Shown: one piece after another, positions 37,322 through 47,311 of the stretch
Numbering within the stretch: position 1 is the first letter of the stretch
Layout of the letters: each line of letters begins with the position of its first letter
NCBI GenBank assembly: GCA_964355955.1
Contig: CAYHFQ010000002.1
Span: 2,338-66,337, forward strand
DNA from: an uncultured Gammaproteobacteria bacterium
GTDB taxonomy: Bacteria > Patescibacteriota > Patescibacteriia > UBA9934
Reading direction: 5' to 3'
DNA: 64,000 nucleotides
Notes under the pieces: model-generated
What the model was told of the DNA's origin: nothing
What the model saw: the letters and a program-made list of their open reading frames with translations, nothing else
The model's database searches: none
Translations under genes and position numbers: made by a program

Positions 37322-40300
37322 CTATTTCACTCCAGCCGGAGTTACGCCAGACAAGAACCCAAAGTTATTGTTAGTACCGTCTCGATCCTGTACCTGGCCT
37401 AAGACAGACCTCATTCCTGCGGCATCATAAACAACAGCATGATCGTAATAGCCGGTATCAAGGTTAACCAGACCCTTCACATTCATGGACTTAGCGATTA
37501 CGGCCTCTTCATAAAGCGTCATCGGCTGTGAGAAGTCAATAATACCGAATGTGCCGTCTTTGAAAGTAGCTATTGCTCGACGCTTATCCCTAACATTACT
37601 CGAGTTTCCAGCCACTGCCAATTCCCCATCGTCGACCAATAGATGCCCAGACATCATATCGATTTTATTCTTTTTAGCTAAACTGAGTAGCGTTGAAAAA
37701 TCCTCCAAATTCTTACGGAAAGCCAATGGTTCTGCGGTCTCATTGCTATCCAAGTCATGTTTAGTTAGCTTATCACGGTTCACAATTATCATGTGTCCTT
37801 CAGCATCTACAATTACCGCGCCATCACGATTAGAAATTAGATAGTTCACCACACTTCCGTTGTCGATAGCTAATTCTGCCGGCTTCATAGCGCCTGTCGT
37901 GTAAGCACCGACGCTTTCCGCTACCAAGGCACCATCCGGGTAATTATCGCGCATAACCTGCTCAGTCAACCCACCGCCAACTTTGACTGTATAATCAACA
38001 GTCGCTCCCTTGCTTGGGTCGCCAATTACAACCGTAGCCAATTCTTTGCCATCAGTGCGCCAAGTTACCATTCTGAAACCAGCTTTGAGTTTCTTGGAAC
38101 TACGTCTTACCTCCGGCGTTATCGACGCCCATTCATCACGCATGACCCCTGCAGATAGTAATCGATCAAAACCTTTATTTAATACATATCCAAAATTACC
38201 ATCTTTTAAACTGCGGGTAGTCTTGCTAAGACTTCCCTCGGTAATTGGAATATTTGCCCCAGCATCTTGCAACTGAGCAATAATATCGGCCGCCCGCCTA
38301 TCACCAGTATCCGTCTCCAGGCCTTCGGTATTAAAAAATTCTAAGATTTTCTGCACCTGGAAAGACCCTAACATTGTGTACATACCAAGTACATCACTAG
38401 GTATGCCTCTACCATCAGCCTTTAAATAATTTTTGGCAAAAGTGGTTTTCTGGTTAATATTGTCCCAAGTCACCGGTTCACCGTCAATTGCCCTTGTCCC
38501 AACATCAATCAATATTTTGTCTCCCGCCGCCGCGTCAATAGCCGCATTTATTTTTTTACGAATATCTTCAACTTTAGAAATATCATTAACATCTATCCCT
38601 TGCGCTACTCCATGCCAATCAACTTGCTTCATGAATTCTGCCTCCAGAGTATTTGCAGCGTCTTTATTGATATCACGAATCAACGAGATCTTAGCCAGAC
38701 CCTGCGTAAACTCGGTAAAGTTGGCTGCTTTAGGCACGCTCACCTTAACAGTTGAATTAAATTGGCCCCTTCCCTCCTGCTGTCCAATGCCAAAGTTGAT
38801 AAATAATAGCTTGGCGTGTTCCGACTCTAGATTCTCGTCTGTAATGACATCAGCAAAACCGTAGACTTCGGTTGAATGTAAGGTATTGGCATAAGCCTGA
38901 GCCAAGCGAAAACCATTAATATTGGTCATTAACTTCAAGACGGCAGCTACGTCCGCCTCAGTCGAAGCGTTCATTTCTGTAGGAAATCCCTTAAAGTTTA
39001 GCTTACTAAAATAAAGTTCACCAGCATTTGTACCAAACTCCTGAGTTATATAGTTAGCCTGGGCCACTACCTCGTCCATGGTCTCCGGTGAGAGAGTAAA
39101 CTGCACGTTAGAATAATCAGCTCTTTCTGCTAATTTACTCATAAAACTCCGGTATTGGAAATACCCATACAATGGCTTGGTTTCCGCATCATACCGCGCC
39201 GAAAAAACCGGGAAACCGGAAAAATCTAGATGCTTAAGAATTTCACTCCTCGTCCTATCTGACTTAAACTGTCGCAATAACTCATCGATGTTTCTTAAAT
39301 CTTCTAATGACTTCGGCTGTTGCCAATTTCCCTCTAAGTGAACGTCCTCGTAGCCAGTAATTTTCAATCTATGCAAATTGCTCTCGAGAGAGGCAGTCTC
39401 TATAATTAAATTAATGTTATCTGCTTCCTTAAGATTATCTATCGTCCAATTAGTCGGATAACCAACTATCTTAACATTGATTCCGTCATCATACCTATTA
39501 ACTAAACTGGCCAGCAAAACCGTCGCAACGGGACTACTATTGATTTCCGCTAATGAAATTTGACCCTCAGATCTATGTTGCTTATCAACAGCGATAGCAA
39601 TATCACCTTTCACTAAACTAGGGTCATTCACTAAATACGCCATCCGTGCAGAATCATAGCCGGAAGATTGTTCAAGATCTTTGATCTTTTTAATTAGCTG
39701 AAAAAAATTATCATCAGTTACTACGCCGCCATAGAATTGCTCCCGAGCTTGCTTTAATAAAATAGCCTCAAGACCAACCTTCGGCTGAAAGTCTTCACTA
39801 TTTTTAATAGCCTTCAGAAAGTTCTCGTATTCTGGTAATCCTAAAGCGTCAAATTTAGGAAACGACGATGGATCAGCATTCTCAATATAGCGCGGGATTA
39901 AGGTTGCATAATAATCCTTAGAACCAACATCTTTTATTAAGGATTCTAACTGATTACCAATTTCTATAAACTGCTGCGGATTTTTAAAATCTAAGCCAGG
40001 AAATCCTTCAAAAGAGGCCGAGTTTAGCAAATGGGTGCCAATTTCAAAACTAAATTTACGGTCATCATAATGATCCCCTTGGAAATCATAATTCTGCGCT
40101 TTCGTAAGACCAAACTCCCAATACCCAATGTCATTAAGCTGCTTGGCAGCCGCCACAATATCTTTAGTGTATTTTTGATTAATTACGGTTGGGAACTCAT
40201 GCGGATCAAAAGTTAATGAATCAATATATTCATCGACTAAAAAAGAACTGTATCTAGCCCCATAATCATCTCTATCAGATTCTTGAACTGCTTTAAATAA

Positions 40301-41044
40301 AAAAGCTCTTAAGCGTGGTAAGTCTTTCTTGTGCAATTCATGAGGTAAATCCTTGAATTCAAAATGTTCAACTAAATTCGCCATCCCCCTACCCAACAAA
40401 TGCTGCATTTTTAAAAAATCAGTCTGACCGTCAATTTCAACGCTAGGTACACGCTGATTAGAATATTCCCTAGCCTGTCTGTACAGCAGCCCTTGAGCAC
40501 ATGTAGCTACATCGTTATACTCGACAATTTCTTCATGTTTTGGGTCTTTGATAACAATGTTATCAATAAACTTCCCCCAGGCTTCGCGTTCATCTAAATA
40601 TTGACGCAAGTCTTGCTCGTCTTTTAGTTCAACCGGTAGTCCATCTAATTTAAAGTGTTCTTCAAAAACGTAAGATAGTTCATTATTATCAAGCTTTGGA
40701 TAATAAGCATGAAGTTTTTTAATCAACTCAGGAATTCTCTCCCTCGTCACTGGTGTCGCCATCTCGCCGGCAAATTCTTTAACAAATTTAGCCTCTGCCT
40801 CGGCCCGCTCGTCAGTTACTTTGCTCGCTACTAATTCCAACTTTTTAAACGGTACATTCCTCTCCGCGAACTCTTCCGCTGTAGTTGCGTGCGGAGGAAC
40901 TGGATGTTCAATCTGGTTCCCTTCAGCCAAAGTCGTCAAACCGAGCAGAACGCCTTGCATCAGGCGACTCTTCCAGGTAAACCTAACTGGCTCTTTTCTC
41001 ACCTCAGGTGAATATCCACCTCTCTCACCATGGCCAAAACTCAT
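37322..41044 (-). CDS. giant hypothetical protein (1240 aa), paralog 1. Internal 'xxGFPxxxxxxxEAD' repeat modules. C-terminal ~330 aa resembles a phosphodiester-glycosidase (NAGPA-like) domain with a degenerate LDGGGS site
   Basis: No recognisable catalytic family in the N-terminal 800 aa. The C-terminus RRAIATFKDGTFGIIDFSQPMTLYEEAVIAKSMNVKGLVNLDTGYYD parallels the NAGPA-family pattern (R.A.G..dG.l.l..vdg...g.tl.ela.....ga.nAlNLDGGGS). An N-terminal hydrophobic segment (LMQGVLLGLTTLAEG) may be a signal anchor. Confidence 0.55.
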   Translation of the reverse strand: MSFGHGERGGYSPEVRKEPVRFTWKSRLMQGVLLGLTTLAEGNQIEHPVPPHATTAEEFAERNVPFKKLELVASKVTDERAEAEAKFVKEFAGEMATPVTRERIPELIKKLHAYYPKLDNNELSYVFEEHFKLDGLPVELKDEQDLRQYLDEREAWGKFIDNIVIKDPKHEEIVEYNDVATCAQGLLYRQAREYSNQRVPSVEIDGQTDFLKMQHLLGRGMANLVEHFEFKDLPHELHKKDLPRLRAFLFKAVQESDRDDYGARYSSFLVDEYIDSLTFDPHEFPTVINQKYTKDIVAAAKQLNDIGYWEFGLTKAQNYDFQGDHYDDRKFSFEIGTHLLNSASFEGFPGLDFKNPQQFIEIGNQLESLIKDVGSKDYYATLIPRYIENADPSSFPKFDALGLPEYENFLKAIKNSEDFQPKVGLEAILLKQAREQFYGGVVTDDNFFQLIKKIKDLEQSSGYDSARMAYLVNDPSLVKGDIAIAVDKQHRSEGQISLAEINSSPVATVLLASLVNRYDDGINVKIVGYPTNWTIDNLKEADNINLIIETASLESNLHRLKITGYEDVHLEGNWQQPKSLEDLRNIDELLRQFKSDRTRSEILKHLDFSGFPVFSARYDAETKPLYGYFQYRSFMSKLAERADYSNVQFTLSPETMDEVVAQANYITQEFGTNAGELYFSKLNFKGFPTEMNASTEADVAAVLKLMTNINGFRLAQAYANTLHSTEVYGFADVITDENLESEHAKLLFINFGIGQQEGRGQFNSTVKVSVPKAANFTEFTQGLAKISLIRDINKDAANTLEAEFMKQVDWHGVAQGIDVNDISKVEDIRKKINAAIDAAAGDKILIDVGTRAIDGEPVTWDNINQKTTFAKNYLKADGRGIPSDVLGMYTMLGSFQVQKILEFFNTEGLETDTGDRRAADIIAQLQDAGANIPITEGSLSKTTRSLKDGNFGYVLNKGFDRLLSAGVMRDEWASITPEVRRSSKKLKAGFRMVTWRTDGKELATVVIGDPSKGATVDYTVKVGGGLTEQVMRDNYPDGALVAESVGAYTTGAMKPAELAIDNGSVVNYLISNRDGAVIVDAEGHMIIVNRDKLTKHDLDSNETAEPLAFRKNLEDFSTLLSLAKKNKIDMMSGHLLVDDGELAVAGNSSNVRDKRRAIATFKDGTFGIIDFSQPMTLYEEAVIAKSMNVKGLVNLDTGYYDHAVVYDAAGMRSVLGQVQDRDGTNNNFGFLSGVTPAGVK

Positions 41045-41073
41045 ATGCGTTTATTATAACACGAATATTTTAT

Positions 41074-44000
41074 CTATTCCTGTGCGGTCTGATAGACCAT
41101 CGGCATACCTGTCAAAAAAGCAAACTTGTTATTCGTTCCATCCTGATCCTGTTGACCTAAGGCAAATAACATACCAGAAGCATCGTACACATTTGCATGA
41201 TCGTAATAACCAGTATCGAGGTTGACGAGACCTTTTACGTTCATCGACTTAGCAATAACCGCTTCCTCATACAGGGTCATTGGCTGCGAGAAATCTATCA
41301 AGCCAAAAGTGCCGTCCTTAAACGTCGCAATCGCCCGCCGCTTATCTCTGACGTTACTCGAGTTACTGGCTATAGCGAGTTCACCATTATCCACCAATAA
41401 ATGACCAGACATGACATCAATCTCGTTCTTGCGAGCTAACGTAAGTAGAGTCGAAAAATCCTCTAGCTTGTCGCGAAAAGCTAAATGATCAGCAGCCTCT
41501 TTACTATCCAGGTCATGCCTAGTTAGTTTATCGCGGTTAACGATATTCAAGGCCCCGTTGACATCAACAATCGCTAACCCATCGCGATCGGAAATTAAAT
41601 AGTTAACCACATAACCGTGGTTAATAGTTAACTCAGCTGGCTTCATCGCACCAGTCGTGTAAGCGCCCACGCTTTCGGCTACCAAGGCGCCTTCTGGGTA
41701 TTTGTCATGCATAACCTGTTCGGTTAACCCACCACCAACCTTCACGGTATAATCTACCGTCGCTCCTTTAGCTGGATCGCCTATCACCGCCTTCGCCAAC
41801 TCCTCACCATTATTTTTCCAATTAACAAAAGTATACCCAGCCTTAAGTCGCTCGGTTCGAGTTTCAAAAATAGGCGTAATACCCTGCCATTCTGGCCGCA
41901 TAACGTCGGCTGCTGCCAACTTGTTTTCAATTTTGCTCCAAATATAAGCTGGGTCACCCATGCTCCGCCAAGCCTTTTGCCAACTGCCCTCAGTCACAGG
42001 GATATTAGCTCCTGCCGCTTGCAAACGCTCAATAGTTTCCGCTACTCGGGCGTCACCTGTATCTGCGGCCAAGCCTTCAGCGTCAAAGAACTCTAAAATC
42101 TTCCGCACTTCAAAAGATCCCAACATCTTATAGACGCCTACTACATCTGGGTCTATACCGTATTGTTCAGCCTGTAAATAATGCTCAGCAAAAGTAATTT
42201 TTTTCTCCATTGTCAGCCAACTGACAGGTACGTTAGCGATATCTCTAATACCGACCTCCACAACCAGTCCGTCCCCTGCTGCAGCATCGATTGCCAAGTT
42301 AATATTCTGGCGTACCGACTCCACGGCCTCGATATTATCGATATCAACACCCTTGGCAACTCCTACCCAGTCTACTTGAGATAAAAATTTTTGCTTCAGC
42401 TCTTCCGCTACCTTATTATCCAAATCTTGCACTAACCCAATTTTCGCCAGGCCAGCAGTAAACTCGGCAAACGTTGTGGCTAGTGGAATAGAAACTTCAA
42501 ATTTTGGCTTTATTCCAGAATATCGAGTCTCTGGCGTAGAACCTATGCCGTAATACACTAATAATCTCTTAGTATTTTCATGCTCTAAATTCTCATCAGT
42601 AATAATTGGGGCGAAAGTATAAAGATGATCAGAATGTAGAGTTTTAGCATAACTACTGGCCAAATCTTCCTGAAAACTATTAATAAATAGTTTTAGAGTA
42701 GCGGCCACATCAGCTTCGGTTTTTTCATTAACTTCTTGTGGAAAGGCAGCAAAAGTTAGTTTGTTCAAATAGCCCCTAGCCTCACCAGTTCCAACAACAT
42801 CTACTAAATAGTCAAACTGCCGTTTTATTTCTGGTAGATTATCGGGAGTTACCGCAAAAATACAGTCAGAGAAGTCGGCTCGTTCCACTAAGCCCGGGCC
42901 GAACCAGCGACTGACCAGAGAGCCACGTTTTAATATGTTGGCCTTGTAACTTGCCGAAAAGACTGGAAATTTTGAATAATCAAGATGTCTAACAATTATT
43001 CGTCCAGTTCTTTCGTGCTCTTTTAAAATTGCCGCCAGATTCTCTAGATCATGCCAAGTTCTGGGCTGACTCAGTTCACCCTCAAACTTCACGTCACGAT
43101 AATTACTGGACCCGATGTCAATTTGGCTACCTAATAAATCAACAGCCTCGATTGCTTTCTCGATTTCCGTAATGTTTTCTAAAGTCCAAACCATCGGGAA
43201 GCCATTTAAGGAGATTTTATCCGGAATTCTGTAATTAAAAAATTGGTGAAAAAAGGCTTTACCTGTTGGGCTCTTTTCTACTTCTTGTAGTGCTAGTTCA
43301 CCAGGCAGCTTATGTTCAGCAGCAAGCGATAAGGTTAAGTCACCTCGCCAATGAGCAACTGGAGCCATCAAGGAAACGAGAAGTTCCGGTTCAACATCTG
43401 ACTCGGCATCAAGTCTAGCTAACTCAGCCAAGACAGTCTCTAAATTTTCAGGCGTTATATCCCCCAATTGCGCTTGGCGTCGAATAATCCTTATTAATTC
43501 GTTTCTTGTATTATCTCGATCCCAGGCAAAATCAATATTATTATCAAATTCAATAAAGAAAGTTTGATACGTTTCCAAGCCTGCAGTATTAAGTTCAGGG
43601 AAATTTCTTGTTTCAGCTAAATCTACAAAATGTGACGCCAGACTTGACCGATAAATCGTTGAACCAGCAGACTTACCGAGATCAGTCAAAATTCTAACAG
43701 TGTCCGCAAATTGCTCAGGGTGGTGAAAATCTAATGGATTAAAACCCTCAAATGTTGAACTCCTAAGTAGTTGATGGCCTAATCCAAAACTGACAGGAGC
43801 ATCTTTATTCACCCAATCACCATCTTGAATATCTAATGATTTGCTAATCCCATTCTTATAAAAGCTTATTTGGTTCAACTGTTTAGCGGCCGCTAAACTA
43901 TCTGCTGAATCATCCTTGTGGATGACTGTCGGAAATTCAGCTGAATCGAAGGTTAATGTGGCAATATATCTATCTAACAAAGCAGTCGTACAAGCATCGT

Positions 44001-44691
44001 CAACATGGTTCAATGCGCCACCACGACGAACCGCCTCCAATAAAAACGAACGTAAGCGTGGTAAATCACGCTTGTGAATTATATGCGGTAAACCTGCAAA
44101 TTCTATTTCTTCCACGCGTCGTAACTGATCGTCAACGGTTTCTACCTGCAACTGATAAAAATCTTCTTTGTCTCTAACTACTAGCTTAGGAATAGGACTC
44201 TTTTGGTAAGTATGTTCATGTTCATACAAGACGCTGAGCAACCATGAATCCTCCGACTTTTCAAAAATTTTCTTCCACGACTCGTGAGTTGCGAGATATT
44301 GACGAAAATCTTGCTCATTTTTTATTTTCTCGGGAAAACCGGCTAATTTGAATTGTAGTATGAAATCAGTGGGTATAGTGTCGTGAGGAGTGGCGAAAGA
44401 TTGAAGCTTTTTATCCAAAGCTGGCAACTGGTCAGCCGTAATCGGAGATTGTAATTCAACGGCAAAAACACGCTTGAATTCTTCACCTCGTTCAGCTAAA
44501 TCTTGAGCCGCTGGATTCGCGCCCACTTCACTTATTTTCACTAATGGCTCAGAACGCGCTGCAAATTCAGCTGTGGAAGTTTCACTATAGCCATCTGGTA
44601 CGTCCAACCGCTCTCCGGCAGCCATCGTCGCCAGACCAAGCAAAGCGCCCCGCATCAACCGGCTACCTCCCTCCCCTTGGCCAAACTTCAT
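41074..44691 (-). CDS. giant hypothetical protein (1205 aa), paralog 2 (tandem duplicate of 37322-41044)
   Basis: Same architecture. N-terminus MKFGQGEGG vs MSFGHGERGG. The C-terminal 350 aa are about 75% identical to paralog 1. The 29-nt gap to paralog 1 contains TATAAT. Confidence 0.55.
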   Translation of the reverse strand: MKFGQGEGGSRLMRGALLGLATMAAGERLDVPDGYSETSTAEFAARSEPLVKISEVGANPAAQDLAERGEEFKRVFAVELQSPITADQLPALDKKLQSFATPHDTIPTDFILQFKLAGFPEKIKNEQDFRQYLATHESWKKIFEKSEDSWLLSVLYEHEHTYQKSPIPKLVVRDKEDFYQLQVETVDDQLRRVEEIEFAGLPHIIHKRDLPRLRSFLLEAVRRGGALNHVDDACTTALLDRYIATLTFDSAEFPTVIHKDDSADSLAAAKQLNQISFYKNGISKSLDIQDGDWVNKDAPVSFGLGHQLLRSSTFEGFNPLDFHHPEQFADTVRILTDLGKSAGSTIYRSSLASHFVDLAETRNFPELNTAGLETYQTFFIEFDNNIDFAWDRDNTRNELIRIIRRQAQLGDITPENLETVLAELARLDAESDVEPELLVSLMAPVAHWRGDLTLSLAAEHKLPGELALQEVEKSPTGKAFFHQFFNYRIPDKISLNGFPMVWTLENITEIEKAIEAVDLLGSQIDIGSSNYRDVKFEGELSQPRTWHDLENLAAILKEHERTGRIIVRHLDYSKFPVFSASYKANILKRGSLVSRWFGPGLVERADFSDCIFAVTPDNLPEIKRQFDYLVDVVGTGEARGYLNKLTFAAFPQEVNEKTEADVAATLKLFINSFQEDLASSYAKTLHSDHLYTFAPIITDENLEHENTKRLLVYYGIGSTPETRYSGIKPKFEVSIPLATTFAEFTAGLAKIGLVQDLDNKVAEELKQKFLSQVDWVGVAKGVDIDNIEAVESVRQNINLAIDAAAGDGLVVEVGIRDIANVPVSWLTMEKKITFAEHYLQAEQYGIDPDVVGVYKMLGSFEVRKILEFFDAEGLAADTGDARVAETIERLQAAGANIPVTEGSWQKAWRSMGDPAYIWSKIENKLAAADVMRPEWQGITPIFETRTERLKAGYTFVNWKNNGEELAKAVIGDPAKGATVDYTVKVGGGLTEQVMHDKYPEGALVAESVGAYTTGAMKPAELTINHGYVVNYLISDRDGLAIVDVNGALNIVNRDKLTRHDLDSKEAADHLAFRDKLEDFSTLLTLARKNEIDVMSGHLLVDNGELAIASNSSNVRDKRRAIATFKDGTFGLIDFSQPMTLYEEAVIAKSMNVKGLVNLDTGYYDHANVYDASGMLFALGQQDQDGTNNKFAFLTGMPMVYQTAQE

Positions 44692-44700
44692 ATAGCCCCA

Positions 44701-46185
44701 TTATACCATGCTCTTCAACACCCGATAAATCTCCACCATCGCCCAGGTATCGAGGGCACAGTAGTCGAGCAAGTCGCGTTTAATCTTCTCCTTGTCACTG
44801 GCTGACGTCGACGGAGATATAAGCTTCTCCCAGCGCTCACTCGCTTGGTCACCCTTACTGATATTCATCACCGAATAATTCAACGATGGTACTAAGACTG
44901 GCAAAACCTTTTTAATACTGGCACTCCCCTTAAAAGCCGGGTCGACGTAATAGCCATCAGAAAAAATCGTCATCAAGTCGAACATCTTGTCATTGATTTC
45001 TTTCAAGAACGCTGCATGCTCAGGGTGCAGTTCGGCGAGTTTGTCATTCCGTTGCTTCTCATAACTGCTATACCAACTAATCACCGTCCCATTCGGATCG
45101 AGGTCCTTCTTCATCCGTTCAATCAGCGGCAACGTCAAATCTCCCTCCGGCTCAGTTATAAGAAACTCGCGATGTTCTATCTCCCCATCTGCTCCCATAA
45201 TGTGCAAACTGTACTGGAAAGGAATCTGCTCATACGCCCCAAAGCCGTCAAACATCGGAATAGCGCTACTGTATCCCTCGTAATCAAAGAACTGGAGTGG
45301 AAACTGCAAGCCGTCTAACGCTTCTTTAATCGCGCCATGATCGATTATCGCCTTGCCGAGCACATAAGACTCATACTGCAACTTCTGCGCCACGTTCAAG
45401 TCCTCGGGATTATGAATGTCGGTCAGCGCTAACTCCCCGCGGTCCACCCAATCAATCAACTTCTTCTTGCTCATGCCAATCCGGTTAAAGTTATGCACGG
45501 AATATGCCGGCACCTCTGGATTAGAATAACCAAAGGTGGAGCACTGATTACTCCGTCCCTCGTACACGCAAGCGCAACCTTTGCTCTCCGGCATTTCCAA
45601 ACACTCTTTCATCTGCATCATCTCCCCCTTTACCTGTTCTTCCGCCGCTATCACCTCCCCCGTCAAATCAGCTTCGATGAATAACTCACAATTCACCACC
45701 TTGCCGTTTTTACGATATTCACGATTCAAATGAATAACGCCGGTCTTAACTACTTTCACCCCACACGCTTCAATGACAATCTTCTGAAAGGCCAAGTCGT
45801 TGACGTGGTGATGCGGCACTTTACGCTTCACCTCATTCGTCGCCTTCACCTCCCACAATTCCCAAGAATCGAGCTCGGTATTGAACTTCAAAATATCCGC
45901 CCGCAAATAAAACACATCGCTCTGAAACGTCGCCTGAAAAATCGTCTGCTTCTCCTCAATGGCCTTCTTGGTATCTATCACCGCCTGGCCATGATGACTC
46001 TCAATCAGCACTCCCTCAGGATACAGCAGCCGACACGCCGCCTCCGCCAAGTTACCATCCTCAATAATCTTCTTCTCAAAGTCGCTAAACTCCACGTCCG
46101 CAAACAACTCTGGCTTATGCTTCCGCAGCCACAGGTTCTTCTTACAAAAAGTGTATTCGAGGTAATCGGTTTTGGTGATGAGCAT
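44701..46185 (-). CDS. Cas4/RecB-like PD-(D/E)XK nuclease with Cys cluster fused to a C-terminal DEDD-like exonuclease-type domain (DUF2779-like architecture)
   Basis: N-terminal C...ADIL...ELWEVKAT (D/ExK), Cys cluster GCACVYEGRSNQC, C-terminal FFDYEGY...DTWAMVEIY. Ends 9 nt before giant paralog 2. Confidence 0.5.
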   Translation of the reverse strand: MLITKTDYLEYTFCKKNLWLRKHKPELFADVEFSDFEKKIIEDGNLAEAACRLLYPEGVLIESHHGQAVIDTKKAIEEKQTIFQATFQSDVFYLRADILKFNTELDSWELWEVKATNEVKRKVPHHHVNDLAFQKIVIEACGVKVVKTGVIHLNREYRKNGKVVNCELFIEADLTGEVIAAEEQVKGEMMQMKECLEMPESKGCACVYEGRSNQCSTFGYSNPEVPAYSVHNFNRIGMSKKKLIDWVDRGELALTDIHNPEDLNVAQKLQYESYVLGKAIIDHGAIKEALDGLQFPLQFFDYEGYSSAIPMFDGFGAYEQIPFQYSLHIMGADGEIEHREFLITEPEGDLTLPLIERMKKDLDPNGTVISWYSSYEKQRNDKLAELHPEHAAFLKEINDKMFDLMTIFSDGYYVDPAFKGSASIKKVLPVLVPSLNYSVMNISKGDQASERWEKLISPSTSASDKEKIKRDLLDYCALDTWAMVEIYRVLKSMV

Positions 46186-46192
46186 AATGAAA

Positions 46193-47191
46193 TTAATCGA
46201 TCAACTTTTTAATCTGCTTTTCAAAGTCCGACTCAATTGGCTGTGTTTTATTGAACATCTCATATTCAGATAATGCCTTTTTCTCAGCCGTAGCCATACT
46301 TACCACACCTTTATTCTTCAACACCTTAAACTTGTTAAAAGCTAAGAAATTACCAATACTCTCGGCAAACTCCTTCATGGTTAAAGTCTGTTCCTGTTCA
46401 ATCAAGTTTTCGACATAGTCAAAGTAGTTAGTTATCGTTCGCTCTAACCTCTTGATATCCTTCTCGGCTAAATAATTCTTAGCCACCACGACATCCGACG
46501 GCAACACCCGACCATCTGGACTATTCTTCCAACTCGTTAACCCCATATGCTTCTTGTTCCTATCGACCTTACTATGGATAATCTCCGCCGCCGTCTGACC
46601 AGTAATCGCAAAATGGAATAGGTTTTGTACGGTCGCAAAAAATGCTCGAGTCGTAGGTGACTTGGGATCATAGTCAACACTACACTCCGAAAATATATCC
46701 GTGATCTGCAAATACACCCTACGTTCACTCGCCCGAATCGACCGAACTCTCTCCAGCAACTCTCTAAAATAATCCTTACCAAATACTTCCTTACCCTGTT
46801 TCAACCTCTCATCATCCATGGCGAAACCTTTAACCACATACTCCTGCAGCACCCTTGTCGCCCATATCCTAAACTGTGTCGCCTGCACAGAATTCACCCG
46901 GTATCCAACGGAAATAATGGCGTCGAGGTTATAGAACTGAGTTTCATATTCCTTGCCATCAGCGGCAGTTATTCGAATTTTTCGAATAACTGCTTTTTCG
47001 CTTAACTCAGCAGTTTTAAACACCTCTTTAAGGTGATAATTGATAGTATTTGCCTCCACGCCAAATAACTCCGCCATCATCTTCTGCGTCAACCACAAAG
47101 TTTCCCCCTCTACCCGCACCTCAAACCTAACCGCTCCACTTGGGGTGGTGTAGAGGATAAAAGGGGTCAAGTTTGATTTTTCTTTAGCCAT
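46193..47191 (-). CDS. RhuM-family protein (virulence-protein RhuM family)
   Basis: N-terminus FILYTTPSGAVRFEVRVEGETLWLTQKMMAELFGV...YNLDAIISVGYRVNSVQATQFRIWATRVL matches the conserved RhuM N-domain. 332 aa. Confidence 0.75.
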   Translation of the reverse strand: MAKEKSNLTPFILYTTPSGAVRFEVRVEGETLWLTQKMMAELFGVEANTINYHLKEVFKTAELSEKAVIRKIRITAADGKEYETQFYNLDAIISVGYRVNSVQATQFRIWATRVLQEYVVKGFAMDDERLKQGKEVFGKDYFRELLERVRSIRASERRVYLQITDIFSECSVDYDPKSPTTRAFFATVQNLFHFAITGQTAAEIIHSKVDRNKKHMGLTSWKNSPDGRVLPSDVVVAKNYLAEKDIKRLERTITNYFDYVENLIEQEQTLTMKEFAESIGNFLAFNKFKVLKNKGVVSMATAEKKALSEYEMFNKTQPIESDFEKQIKKLID

Positions 47192-47258
47192 ATCTCAATC
47201 CTCAATATTAACCAGAAAATTAGCCCTTATTTACCGCTCAGTTAAATATATTGTACTA

Positions 47259-47287
47259 AAAATGGACCCCTAATTCAAGCTAAATAA
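47259..47287 (-). promoter_or_regulatory. near-consensus sigma70 promoter reading into RhuM, DUF2779, the two giant proteins and the ABC exporter
   Basis: On the minus strand: TTGAAT, 17-bp spacer, TACAAT. A GAGGA RBS lies 6 nt before the RhuM ATG. Confidence 0.6.
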
Positions 47288-47311
47288 AGCAAGAAGTAAA
47301 CCACGCACTCG

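Noticed and set aside
37322-44691. Giant paralogs as RTX/T1SS substrates or classical adhesins
   Set aside because: No GGxGxD nonapeptide repeats, Ig-like or cadherin tandem repeats, LPXTG or S-layer motifs were seen. The ABC exporter lacks an obvious C39 or HlyD partner. Export remains only a hypothesis.
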